Shown here piece by piece: positions 27,736 through 36,033 of a stretch of 64,000 nt of DNA (positions are counted from its first letter, which is position 1; every line of letters begins with the position of its first letter). The DNA comes from a virus. Lineage: Duplodnaviria; Caudoviricetes. Where the stretch lies: positions 1 to 64,000 of IMG/VR virus record IMGVR_UViG_3300025735_000004. One strand, 5' to 3'. A program made the position numbers and the translations under genes. A model generated the notes under the pieces. That model made no database searches. It was not told the DNA's origin and was given only the letters and a program-made list of their open reading frames with translations.

Positions 27736-28348
27736 AAAGTCCTACTACACCTCCCGGGCCGACGTGGTGCCCACTCGACATAACCCATGGGCGGGTGAGT
27801 TGGCACACACGATCAAGAAAGGGAACAAGGTCACCGGCTTTGCCAGCTCCAAGCACGCCTTGGTGAACCAAGCTACCGGCGAGGTGATGACGGACGACAT
27901 CGCCCTGGTGGGGGTGCGCAAGGTAGTGGACAAGGAAGAGTTCATCAAGTTTTTCGGGGCAGGGATCATGGAGGTGTTCGAACTGACCACCCCGGCCAAA
28001 GACGTGTTCAAGGCGATCCTGAACGTGTACTTGGACCAGAAAAACCAGCCGGATCAGCTGTACCTGAACTACGACGAAATCAAAGAGATTTATGGCTACG
28101 GAAAGTCGCCCTCGACCTACTACAACGGTCTGAACGAACTGATCGTGAAAGGCTTCTTGGCCCCGGTGCAGTTCCGCGAAAGCCACTACTGGGTCAACCC
28201 GAACCTGTTCTACAAAGGCGACCGTATCCGTATCGTGCGCGAGTACGTGCGCGCCGGGACCAAGGCGGCCAAGCAGGTGGAGAAGGAGAACGCCGCGCTG
28301 AATCAGCTGGGGCTGCCGCTCGATGGCCCCATCATCGACACGGTATAG
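27722..28348 (+). CDS. RepL-type replication initiator (winged helix)
   Basis: LVNQATGEV N-terminus, STYYNGLNELIVKGFL helix, YWVNPNLFYKGDR signature of RepL-family proteins. Confidence 0.75.
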   Translation: MTEKKKSYYTSRADVVPTRHNPWAGELAHTIKKGNKVTGFASSKHALVNQATGEVMTDDIALVGVRKVVDKEEFIKFFGAGIMEVFELTTPAKDVFKAILNVYLDQKNQPDQLYLNYDEIKEIYGYGKSPSTYYNGLNELIVKGFLAPVQFRESHYWVNPNLFYKGDRIRIVREYVRAGTKAAKQVEKENAALNQLGLPLDGPIIDTV

Positions 28349-28367
28349 GGGAAACCCCTAGTCGGGT

Positions 28368-28510
28368 ATCAGGGACAGATTTATGGTCGTGCCGGAATCT
28401 CTCCCTAATGGGACCCCACTGGACACCCGTTTGCCCCAGTAGAACCGGGGTGTTCACGCGCCTAGCCGGAATCTCTCCCCGATAGGTTCATCAGGGACAG
28501 ATTTATGGTC
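28368..28510. repeat. Two interleaved direct repeats (A-B...B-A)
   Basis: A = ATCAGGGACAGATTTATGGTC at 28368 and 28490; B = GCCGGAATCTCTCCC at 28391 and 28465. Confidence 0.9.
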
Positions 28511-28922
28511 AGTCAGTGGCAGGCTCCGGCCGCGCCACCGGCCCCAGCAACACCGCCAAGGCCTGCGCACAGCGGGCCTGATAGGCTTCCTCCCCCAACG
28601 CCTTGCGCAGCTCCCGCAGCAGCACCAGGTCGACACTGTTGGCCTCCAGCCGTTCGGCCTTGTTCAGCTCGGCCACATGGCGCATCAGGCGCTGCTGGTC
28701 GCGGCGCAGGTAACGCAGCTTGGCGGTCGCCCGGCTGTACCAATCGGAATCGGCAAACACCTGGTCGATCGCGCTGCGCCGCCGCACCACGTCGAGCTTG
28801 TTGCTCAGCTCGATGATCGTCGAATCCAGCTCGACGCGCAGGGTTTCGCACTCGCGCAGGTTGGTCGGCAGTTCCAGCAGGTCGGGGCGGGGGCGTAGGG
28901 CAACGGCAGCGGGTGCGTTCAT
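28509..28922 (-). CDS. Coiled-coil hypothetical protein
   Basis: 137 aa. Confidence 0.65.
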   Translation of the reverse strand: MNAPAAVALRPRPDLLELPTNLRECETLRVELDSTIIELSNKLDVVRRRSAIDQVFADSDWYSRATAKLRYLRRDQQRLMRHVAELNKAERLEANSVDLVLLRELRKALGEEAYQARCAQALAVLLGPVARPEPATD

Positions 28923-28973
28923 GCGGGGGTCTTCGCTTTTGGTGGATGACCCCCTTGAGTTTAGGTCAGGTTC

Positions 28974-29243
28974 TCAGGCGGTCAGTGCATCCGGCAGCTT
29001 CGGCCCGCCCAGCGCTTCCCACTTGCCGGGGTGGGCGGTTTCGACGGCGGCGTACAGCCAACGCACTTCCATCACCGCTTCCTCTGCGCTCAGGTAGTCG
29101 TGAACACGCATCGCACCGAGGGCGGTGACGTGCAGTTCAATCACCAGGGCGGCGGCTTCTTCGCTACTGCCGGGGAGGAACATCAGGCCGCCGCGCAGGT
29201 TGGTCAGGGTTTGTTCGGTGATTTCTTTTTTGGTCCGGGTCAT
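28974..29243 (-). CDS. Small helical protein, paralogue 5 of tandem family
   Basis: AMRVHDYLSAEEAVMEVRWLYAAVETAHP shares the family C-terminal motif. Confidence 0.65.
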   Translation of the reverse strand: MTRTKKEITEQTLTNLRGGLMFLPGSSEEAAALVIELHVTALGAMRVHDYLSAEEAVMEVRWLYAAVETAHPGKWEALGGPKLPDALTA

Positions 29244-29506
29244 TGCGGGGTGTCCTTGGGGTTGTGAGCGCGATAGGCGCCATGTACGCGATCAAGCAGG
29301 GCCTCGGCCTCGGCGTCGTCGATCAACCCCTGGCCGTACAGGATGCGCACCGTGGCCCGGCCGTTGTTGAGGATCTGGAACGCGCCGTCGTCGCTGGCCA
29401 GCGGCAACAGGCGGTCGAGCAGGTGGTCGAGGTGTTCCAGCAGGGAGGTGTAGACCGGGCCGCGGTTGGGCTCGGGGTACTCGAAACCTTCGACGGGGAT
29501 GATCAT
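29240..29506 (-). CDS. Small helical protein, paralogue 4
   Basis: ATG 29506 (MIIPVEG..., 88 aa); ILYGQGLIDDAEAEALLDRVHGAYRAHNP. Confidence 0.7.
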   Translation of the reverse strand: MIIPVEGFEYPEPNRGPVYTSLLEHLDHLLDRLLPLASDDGAFQILNNGRATVRILYGQGLIDDAEAEALLDRVHGAYRAHNPKDTPQ

Positions 29507-29838
29507 GCCTGCCCCTCCGGTTTGCGGCTGTCCGGGTCGTAGTCGACGTGCCCAGTGCAATGCACGTCCGGCTCCGGCGGCAGGGTGTCGCGCAGCACCT
29601 GGCGCGTGATGTCGTCGATCCGGCCCACCGTGGTCTGTTGCAGCTCGATGATCAGGGCTTCGGCTTGGGCCTCGGTCAGCGCACCGCACAGCACCATGCC
29701 CTGAAACACCCCGAGGACATTGAACCGGCGGTTGCTCGCCGCCTGCAGGTCGTGGGCCAGGGTGACAAAGCGGATCTGCTGCCGCGCCATGGCGTGCAGC
29801 TGGGCGCGTTCGTGGTCGGTGTATTCAGGCATGGTCAA
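29503..29838 (-). CDS. Small helical protein, paralogue 3
   Basis: GMVLCGALTEAQAEALIIEL. Confidence 0.7.
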   Translation of the reverse strand: MTMPEYTDHERAQLHAMARQQIRFVTLAHDLQAASNRRFNVLGVFQGMVLCGALTEAQAEALIIELQQTTVGRIDDITRQVLRDTLPPEPDVHCTGHVDYDPDSRKPEGQA

Positions 29839-30130
29839 TGCTCCCCAGCAGGCCAGGGTGTTCGCGCTCGTAGGCGCGGTTGAGGTCGGCCAGGCCGAGC
29901 TGGAAGCGTTCGTCGCTCAGCAGGCCAATGCCCCACAGCGCTTCCAGGTGTTTGACGATCCGCGTGTGCAGGTGCAGGGCGGCGTCGGCCGGGCGCAGGT
30001 GCAGGATCTGCAACTGGCGGACGATGGCCACCAGCACGTTGGTGCGGTAGTCGGCGGTGGCCTGCGCGTCGGTCATGTCCGGCAGGTGCAGGCGGTTGAT
30101 GGCTTCGTCGAGGGTTTCGGTGGTGGCCAT
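29825..30130 (-). CDS. Small helical protein, paralogue 2
   Basis: ALWGIGLLSDERFQLGLADLNRAYEREHP. Confidence 0.7.
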   Translation of the reverse strand: MATTETLDEAINRLHLPDMTDAQATADYRTNVLVAIVRQLQILHLRPADAALHLHTRIVKHLEALWGIGLLSDERFQLGLADLNRAYEREHPGLLGSIDHA

Positions 30131-30132
30131 GG

Positions 30133-30444
30133 TCAGTCGTCCTTTTCAGGTAATAGATCCGCCAGCGTCGGCTGGGCGCGGACGTAGGTGCGGCGCACGT
30201 CGGCCAGGGCCAGGTCCAGTTCCACTCCGGTGAGCGCATCCACGGCGTGCAGGGCATACAGCTGCACGGTGATCCGGGTGAACAGGGCTAGGGCGTCCCG
30301 GGCGCCGAACCTCTCCAGCAGCAACAGGCGCGAGAGGATCGCCCCCAGCACGCGGATGCGGTGCGCGTATCGGCCTTGCGGGGTGATCAGGTCGGGGCGG
30401 CCGAAGCTGTTTATGTCGGCGTCGAGGGCATCGCTGGGGGACAT
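30133..30444 (-). CDS. Small helical protein, paralogue 1
   Basis: ATG 30444 after an AAGGAG RBS (MSPSDALDAD..., 103 aa); ALHAVDALTGVELDLALADVRRTYVRAQP. Confidence 0.7.
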   Translation of the reverse strand: MSPSDALDADINSFGRPDLITPQGRYAHRIRVLGAILSRLLLLERFGARDALALFTRITVQLYALHAVDALTGVELDLALADVRRTYVRAQPTLADLLPEKDD

Positions 30445-31113
30445 GGCAGTGCGCTCCTTGCGGATGGTGGTGCGAAATAGGTGGGGGCCTGTGTCAGCGG
30501 TGAGGGAACCGACACGGCCGCCCGGGACGTACCTGCCTGGGGGTCGACCAGGCGAGCGGCAGCGTCGGCGCACGGTAGCACGCGGCTTGCGGGGTTTGGA
30601 ATAGGGGGTGGGGGGTGTTTCGGGGTGGGTGAGTCGCCCGCCTGCCCGGAAAAACCGGCGGGCGACTCGCGAGGGGCGCGATCTGCCAATGCACGACCCT
30701 CGTGGCGGCGACGATAGCACGGGCGGGGTCGGCGGGGCGAGTCGGGGAAAAGGTGCCGAGGGGGTGCGGGGTGAGAACCAATGCCCCCTCGGCGGTGCGG
30801 CGCCCCTGGTGTTGCGACGGTGGGGACAAGGCGGCCGCAGTCCACCCCGGAACCCTGAGCATAGCGCGGCGGTGGAGGGGTGGTGGGTGAGGGGATCAGC
30901 GGTGGGGTGAGGGGTGTTTTCGGGGTGGTTTAGTGGGTCAGTATGGGTAACCATGGATTTGGGTGGGTTGTGGGGGTTGGCATGGGATTTTCCCTTTGGC
31001 TTGCCATTGTACGGTGTACCGCTGGGATTTTTGTGGGGTTGAGTATGGAAAGGGGGTCTAAGTGCTTGTCCTGGCTCACCATTCGTCGGAAAAAGTGTGG
31101 TCGGGGTCGATTG

Positions 31114-31135
31114 TGGCACAACAATTGTTGTGCCA
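31114..31135. repeat. Perfect 22-bp palindrome at the divergence point of transcription
   Basis: TGGCACAACAATTGTTGTGCCA. Confidence 0.9.
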
Positions 31136-31403
31136 AGTACATGTTTTAGGTGTGGTCTTTGTTGCTATATGCCTTATGCCTAACCCGTCTAATGTGTTCT
31201 TATGGGTATGCTATAGTTTTAGTGTACCACTCGCTCTTTAAAAAACAGTAGCTAGCCGAGTCGCCCCGCCGGGGGCGCGTCCAGTGAACCTTGCAAAAGG
31301 TACAGCGGACAAACTCGCCTAGTGAAAAAGGCGCGACATTGTCGCGCTGGCGGATGTCGAGACATAGAGTCTCTGCCCGCCCCCCGGACACGGAGTTCAT
31401 GCC

Positions 31404-31541
31404 ATGCGTTCCCTTATCGCTTCTGTAGTCGTGCTTCTTATCAGCGCCATGCTGGCCACCGAGGTTAGCGGGTTCGTGAGTGCGCGTATCGGTGCGCTGA
31501 CTGACGCCGTGTCCCTTTCTTCACGGAGTGCCACCAAATGA
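31404..31541 (+). CDS. Small hydrophobic peptide (45 aa)
   Basis: MRSLIASVVVLLISAMLATEVSGFVSARIG...; GGAG upstream, ATGA overlap with the next gene. Confidence 0.5.
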   Translation: MRSLIASVVVLLISAMLATEVSGFVSARIGALTDAVSLSSRSATK

Positions 31542-32263
31542 AAGCTAAAATCCCTAGCTACTTCGACGCCGGTCTGGTAGCTCGCGCCACCGAGCGCGCC
31601 GCCACCGACGCCGTGTATAGCGCTTTGTTGGATCAAGCGGTTACCGCTGGCAAGGTCGCTGGCGCAGCGGTCAACAATACCGACGCTAGCGCCTACTGGA
31701 AGGCTCTCGGTGATTCGCTGGCGCGTCACGGCGTGGCCATGCTGGCTCACCCTGATGACGTGCCTAGCGCCAAAGAGCTGCGCGACTTGTGCGCGCTGGT
31801 CAATTCCGGGATCAAGGCCGCGCAGTCGGCGGCCAAAGCGCATGCGCTCAAAACTTTCGAGGCCGCGCAGATGGCCGACCGCGCCAAAAAAGCGCGTGAC
31901 CGGATCGTCAAAGCGCTCACCCGTGCGCTGACCCCCTACGCGCTGAAAATCAATTTTCAGACCGCTAAAGTGGAAGCACTGGCCGCCGTCGCCGAATCGG
32001 ACGCCCCGGATAAATCCGCCGATACGGCAAAGGCCGCCGTGACCGCTGGCACTACGGCGAACCTTGACGCCTTTCTTGATGGGTTGTGCGCGCTAGATCC
32101 CGCCACGCAAAAAATGATTCTGGCGCGTGTCGGCGCCTCCTATAAAAAGTGGCAAGAAGAAGAGGCGACCAAAAAGGTCGAGGCGGACAAGCGCGCCAGC
32201 GCGGCCACTCAGAAAAAGCTGGATGACGAAAAATCGCGTAAAGAGGCCCGCGACGTAGCCTAA
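31538..32263 (+). CDS. Ala/Lys-rich helical hypothetical protein
   Basis: 241 aa. Confidence 0.7.
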   Translation: MKAKIPSYFDAGLVARATERAATDAVYSALLDQAVTAGKVAGAAVNNTDASAYWKALGDSLARHGVAMLAHPDDVPSAKELRDLCALVNSGIKAAQSAAKAHALKTFEAAQMADRAKKARDRIVKALTRALTPYALKINFQTAKVEALAAVAESDAPDKSADTAKAAVTAGTTANLDAFLDGLCALDPATQKMILARVGASYKKWQEEEATKKVEADKRASAATQKKLDDEKSRKEARDVA

Positions 32264-32281
32264 CCAACCCGGCGACACAAC

Positions 32282-32304
32282 CCCCACGCGGCCCCCGCGT
32301 GGGG
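32282..32304 (+). terminator. GC hairpin, possible terminator
   Basis: CCCCACGCGG-ccc-CCGCGTGGGG, weak U-tract. Confidence 0.4.
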
Positions 32305-32358
32305 CGTTCGTGTGCCCGTCACTTTTTCCCGCGACACAGTCGCGCAAAGGGGTTTCCC

Positions 32359-32697
32359 ATGGCTTTCGATGACAGCACCGGCGGCGCTGACCGCCTGCAC
32401 TACCGCGCCAACGCCGGCCAGTATGGCAACGACTGGGGCGACCATAGCCCGCAAAGCCTGTTTGGCGCGCTCTACGCCAGCCACGAGCGCGCCGAAGTGG
32501 ATTCCGTGAAACAGGCCGAGTATCTGGCCCGCCGCGCCCGGATCGCCGCCGACGCGACTCGGCGCCGATCCGCCCCGGTCGAGGCCGCGATTCTGGCGGA
32601 ACGGCTCGCCCAGTCGAAAACCGTTATGGGCGCGGCAATGCGCGCTGCCCTGGACAAGCGCGATCGGCAGAACGGCAGGGAACGGCTCGAAAAGTAA
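32359..32697 (+). CDS. Hypothetical protein
   Basis: ATG 32359, 112 aa. Confidence 0.55.
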   Translation: MAFDDSTGGADRLHYRANAGQYGNDWGDHSPQSLFGALYASHERAEVDSVKQAEYLARRARIAADATRRRSAPVEAAILAERLAQSKTVMGAAMRAALDKRDRQNGRERLEK

Positions 32698-32749
32698 ACA
32701 CCGTCCGTCAAGTTTATAGGGGTTCCCTCAGCTAGCCCCCCTTGACCCA

Positions 32750-32826
32750 ACCAAACGGCGTACCAGTTAATTGTGTTTGACCGCCTAAACCGGTACAACA
32801 CTAACTGGCACCCTAAACCAGTACAA
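32750..32826. other. Putative res site / autoregulatory region of the resolvase
   Basis: Direct repeats CCTAAACCRGTACAA at 32784 and 32812; inverted CCAGTTA/TAACTGG at 32763 and 32802; directly upstream of the resolvase. Confidence 0.5.
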
Positions 32827-32835
32827 GGAGGCCCT

Positions 32836-33486
32836 ATGGCCAATTCTCTACCGTTGGTGCGGGCGTACTTGCGCGCCTCCACCGCTGAACAGGATGCACA
32901 ACGCGCCCGCGGCGCGCTGCTTGCATTCGCCGACGCTCATGGCCAGCGAATCGCTGGATTTTACCCAGAGAACGAAACCGGGACGAAACTCAACCGCCCG
33001 GAACTGTTCCGCCTGCTGAACGACAGCCAACCCGGCGACATTCTGCTGTGCGAACAAGTTGACCGGTTGAGCAGGTTGACCGAGGCCGATTGGTTGAGCC
33101 TGCGCGGAATCATCCAGACCAAGGGCCTGCACATTGTGTCGCTCGATCTGCCGACTTCGCACCAGCTCATGGCCGGACTGGGCGAGGAAACTTTCGCCGG
33201 GCGCATGCTCGGCGCGATGAACTCGATGCTGCTCGACATGCTCGCGGCCATTGCGCGCAAGGACTATGAAGACAGGGTGCGCCGCTCCCGCGAAGGGATT
33301 GAGAAAGCCCGGAAAATTCCAGGCAAGTACAAGGGGCGCATCCCTGACCTGGTGCTGCACGCCCGTGTCAAGTCGTGCCTGGAAGCCGGGATGGCGATTC
33401 GCAAAACGGCCACGGTGTGTGACTGCTCGAAAACCACGGTGCAGAAAATCAAGGCGGAACTGGACAAGGAGACCGAGGCCGCCTGA
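32836..33486 (+). CDS. Small serine recombinase (plasmid multimer resolvase type) with C-terminal HTH
   Basis: RAYLRAST catalytic Ser motif, RPELFRLL, VDRLSR, GKYKGR hinge, HTH; 216 aa. Confidence 0.93.
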   Translation: MANSLPLVRAYLRASTAEQDAQRARGALLAFADAHGQRIAGFYPENETGTKLNRPELFRLLNDSQPGDILLCEQVDRLSRLTEADWLSLRGIIQTKGLHIVSLDLPTSHQLMAGLGEETFAGRMLGAMNSMLLDMLAAIARKDYEDRVRRSREGIEKARKIPGKYKGRIPDLVLHARVKSCLEAGMAIRKTATVCDCSKTTVQKIKAELDKETEAA

Positions 33487-33721
33487 CCAACTATGAACGG
33501 ATCAATCGAGCCGTTTTCCGGGGGGTTGAAGCCCCCCGGCCTTTGAAGGGATCAATCTGTCCTTTTTTGGAGCCCGCAGGCCGTGGGTGCCTTGCCGGAG
33601 GCACCCCCTTTGTTCTCTATATAAAAGAAATAATTTTTTATTTTTATAAGACGGTAAGGGCACGCTCTATTTTGTACCGTCTCGCACACTTTAAAAAGCT
33701 GACCCGGAAATCAACAAAAAT

Positions 33722-33770
33722 CTAGTTGACTAGTTTAAAACCCAAACTAGATGACTAGTTTGAAGCCCAA
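33722..33770. repeat. Two 24-bp direct repeats (25-bp period) downstream of an AT-rich tract
   Basis: CTAGTTGACTAGTTTAAAACCCAA / CTAGATGACTAGTTTGAAGCCCAA. Confidence 0.75.
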
Positions 33771-34116
33771 TATCCGACCTCGTTTCAACTCGCCCTTTTC
33801 CATTTCCCCTTACAAATCAACAGGTAGCCTAATGGTATGCGAGATGGGTCAACCCCCGAGCGTATGTTTTGCGGTATGCCTCGGGTAGGGGCAAAACGCC
33901 TTTCCCCGAAATGCAAGCAATATCGTTCGCCTACCTTGCCTTTTTTCGCGTTCCGGTGCTTCCGCTCGACCATTTACCCATTTCCGACCCATCGCTTTTT
34001 AGCCGGCACCCACTTGCCGCAAAAACGCAGCAACGCCTATGAAGGCGACAAACCCCCCGGAACCCCCAAGGCCCGGCCGACCCCCCCTGTCACAACCGCC
34101 AACAAGGAACCGCACC

Positions 34117-34410
34117 ATGACCACCACGCCCCACATCCGCGCCTTCAATACCGGGCGCACCTACACCGCCCACGGCCAGCGCATTGCCTACGCTGAGATC
34201 AGCCGCGACGACCACCCGCACATCCCGATCGCCGAGGTGGTGTTCTACGACGTGGACCGCCACATCGACGGCCAGATCAAGGTCGTGGCCTTCCCCCACG
34301 AACCGGTCAATGACCACGCCCTGCTCCAGGCCTACGACCACGGCGGCTACGTCTACAGCGCCGACCGCGAGCTGCTGGCCCAGCTCAAGGCCGCCGCCGA
34401 GGCGCTGTAA
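34117..34410 (+). CDS. Hypothetical early protein
   Basis: 97 aa, AAGGAA RBS. Confidence 0.7.
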   Translation: MTTTPHIRAFNTGRTYTAHGQRIAYAEISRDDHPHIPIAEVVFYDVDRHIDGQIKVVAFPHEPVNDHALLQAYDHGGYVYSADRELLAQLKAAAEAL

Positions 34411-34446
34411 CCCTCACCCCCCGACCACCCCGAAGGAGTCACTGCC

Positions 34447-34893
34447 ATGACCTATGAAGACGACGACGCCGTGTTGCGCGCCGCCCTGCAGATCGCCGAA
34501 CGGCGCCTGACCTACACCGGCTGCGTCCTCACCAGCCCGCAGGTGGTGCGCGACTACCTGCAGGTGTGGGCTGCGCGCCTGACCGAGGAAGCGTTCGGCG
34601 TGCTGTGGCTGACCAGCGCCCACGAGCTGGTGCAGACCGAGGTGCTGGCCACCGGTTCGATCGATCAGGCCACGGTCTATCCGCGGGTGGTGGTGCGGGC
34701 CGGGATCGCGCACAACGCGGCGGCCTGTCTGGTGTTCCACAACCACCCCAGCGGCAACCCCGCGCCGAGCGGCGGCGACATCGCCCTGACCCGGCGCTTG
34801 AAGGAGGCGTTGGCCATGGTCGACATCACCCTGCTCGATCACCTGGTGGTCGGCCGCACCATTGTCAGCCTGGCCGAACAGGGGGTGCTCTAG
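34447..34893 (+). CDS. radC: RadC-like JAB/MPN domain protein
   Basis: EEAFGVLWL, PRVVVRAGI, HNHPSGNPAPSGGD, LLDHLVVG. Confidence 0.93.
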   Translation: MTYEDDDAVLRAALQIAERRLTYTGCVLTSPQVVRDYLQVWAARLTEEAFGVLWLTSAHELVQTEVLATGSIDQATVYPRVVVRAGIAHNAAACLVFHNHPSGNPAPSGGDIALTRRLKEALAMVDITLLDHLVVGRTIVSLAEQGVL

Positions 34894-34940
34894 GAAGGGT
34901 TCGAATACATACGCTACATACCACGTACTACGTAGTACGA

Positions 34941-34980
34941 CATGAACCATGAATTCACAGTTCATGGTTCACAATTCACA
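34941..34980 (+). repeat. Heptad array (2 inverted + 4 direct)
   Basis: CATGAAC CATGAAT/ATTCACA GTTCATG GTTCACA ATTCACA. Confidence 0.9.
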
Positions 34981-34995
34981 ACGAGGAACCGCGCC

Positions 34996-35232
34996 ATGAC
35001 CACCACCCTCCTGAACCACTGGGACCGTATCGCCCAGCTGATCTACGCCCTGCTGCTGGACTACCTGCCCCGTCAGCTGGCCGCTGTGCTGGCCATGCTG
35101 TGGCCGATGTTCGTTGTGCTGCTGGTCATCCTCATCGTCGGCGGGCTGCTCGCCTGGCAGGACCGCCGCGACCTCAACCGCCGCGTTCACCGGCGCCTGG
35201 CTCAGCTGCGCGACGAACGCCGCGACCGCTGA
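34996..35232 (+). CDS. Small membrane protein
   Basis: 78 aa with a long hydrophobic segment. Confidence 0.65.
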   Translation: MTTTLLNHWDRIAQLIYALLLDYLPRQLAAVLAMLWPMFVVLLVILIVGGLLAWQDRRDLNRRVHRRLAQLRDERRDR

Positions 35233-35237
35233 GCCGA

Positions 35238-35270
35238 CATGAACCATGAACCCGTAATTCACAATTCATA
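35238..35270 (+). repeat. Heptad array
   Basis: CATGAAC CATGAAC ccgta ATTCACA ATTCATA. Confidence 0.85.
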
Positions 35271-35284
35271 GAAGGAAGCACCCC

Positions 35285-35752
35285 ATGAAAACCTTGCACG
35301 ACGCCCACGCCCTGACTGACTACGGCCTCAACCCGCTGACCGGCGAGGCCGACGCCTATTCCCGCCGTACCCTGTGCGACCTCAGTGATGAAGGGATCAT
35401 TCTGCTCACCGCCTACTTCGGGCTGGCCCACACCAAGGCCGCCGGGCAGGCGTTCCCGAAGAACTACAACAGCAGCGTGGGGGACAAGCCGGCGGTGGCC
35501 AGCGTGATGCTGGCCCGTGGCACCATGGACGATTTGATGGTGTTCGCCCTGCTGCACGTCGATCAGTTCGACTACGTGATGCAGACCCCGGGCGGCTACG
35601 CCGGCTTCAACGACGGCGACCAGTACGGCGAGCACTACCTGCACGCCGCCCTGCCCGAGGGCTACCGCCTGCACTACAACGCCGCCAAGCGCAGCGCCCA
35701 CCCGCACGTCGGGGACCGCAACGTCCACGCGATGAGTGGCAGGGTTCTCTGA
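35285..35752 (+). CDS. Hypothetical early protein
   Basis: 155 aa. Confidence 0.7.
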   Translation: MKTLHDAHALTDYGLNPLTGEADAYSRRTLCDLSDEGIILLTAYFGLAHTKAAGQAFPKNYNSSVGDKPAVASVMLARGTMDDLMVFALLHVDQFDYVMQTPGGYAGFNDGDQYGEHYLHAALPEGYRLHYNAAKRSAHPHVGDRNVHAMSGRVL

Positions 35753-35767
35753 GTGGAAACAGCGGCA

Positions 35768-35782
35768 ATATGCCGTATAATT
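35768..35782 (+). promoter_or_regulatory. TATAAT -10 box beside a CGGCA-ata-TGCCG inverted repeat
   Basis: TATAAT at 35776-35781, upstream of the RHH gene. Confidence 0.45.
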
Positions 35783-35814
35783 TCCGTACATTCCCACCAG
35801 AAAGGAGCACCACC

Positions 35815-36033
35815 ATGACCCGCATGACCCTCGACCTGTCCGATGAAATCGACCAGAAGCTCACCGCCATCGCCAAGGAACGCGGCATGACCAAGGCTGA
35901 AGCGATGCGCAAGGCCTTTGCCCTGCTGGTCATCGCCGATAACGAAGCGCGCAAGCCCGGCTTCTCGCTGGGCATCGTGCGTGAACGCGACGACCACACC
36001 CTGGAAGCGGTTGGCCGCGTGGTGGGGCTGTAA
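35815..36033 (+). CDS. CopG/RHH family DNA-binding protein
   Basis: RMTLDLSDEIDQKLTAIAKERGMTKAEAMRKAFALL. Confidence 0.85.
   Translation: MTRMTLDLSDEIDQKLTAIAKERGMTKAEAMRKAFALLVIADNEARKPGFSLGIVRERDDHTLEAVGRVVGL

Noticed and set aside
30445-31119. N-terminal extension of the 328-aa ORF 30133..31119
   Set aside because: Low-complexity Pro/His/Thr translation of the G-rich tract; a strong RBS and paralogue alignment support a start at 30444.
31114-31135. N15-type telomere resolution site
   Set aside because: Shorter than known tel sites, and no protelomerase gene is nearby in the window; kept only as an operator candidate.
31259-31270. GGCGGGGCGACT (minus strand) resembling lambda cos GGGCGGCGACCT
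   Set aside because: Only partial identity, GC-rich context, weak dyad symmetry and 15 kb from the terminase genes; needs read-end data.
32836-33486. Integrase
   Set aside because: 216-aa resolvase architecture without the recombinase/Zn-ribbon domains of large serine integrases.
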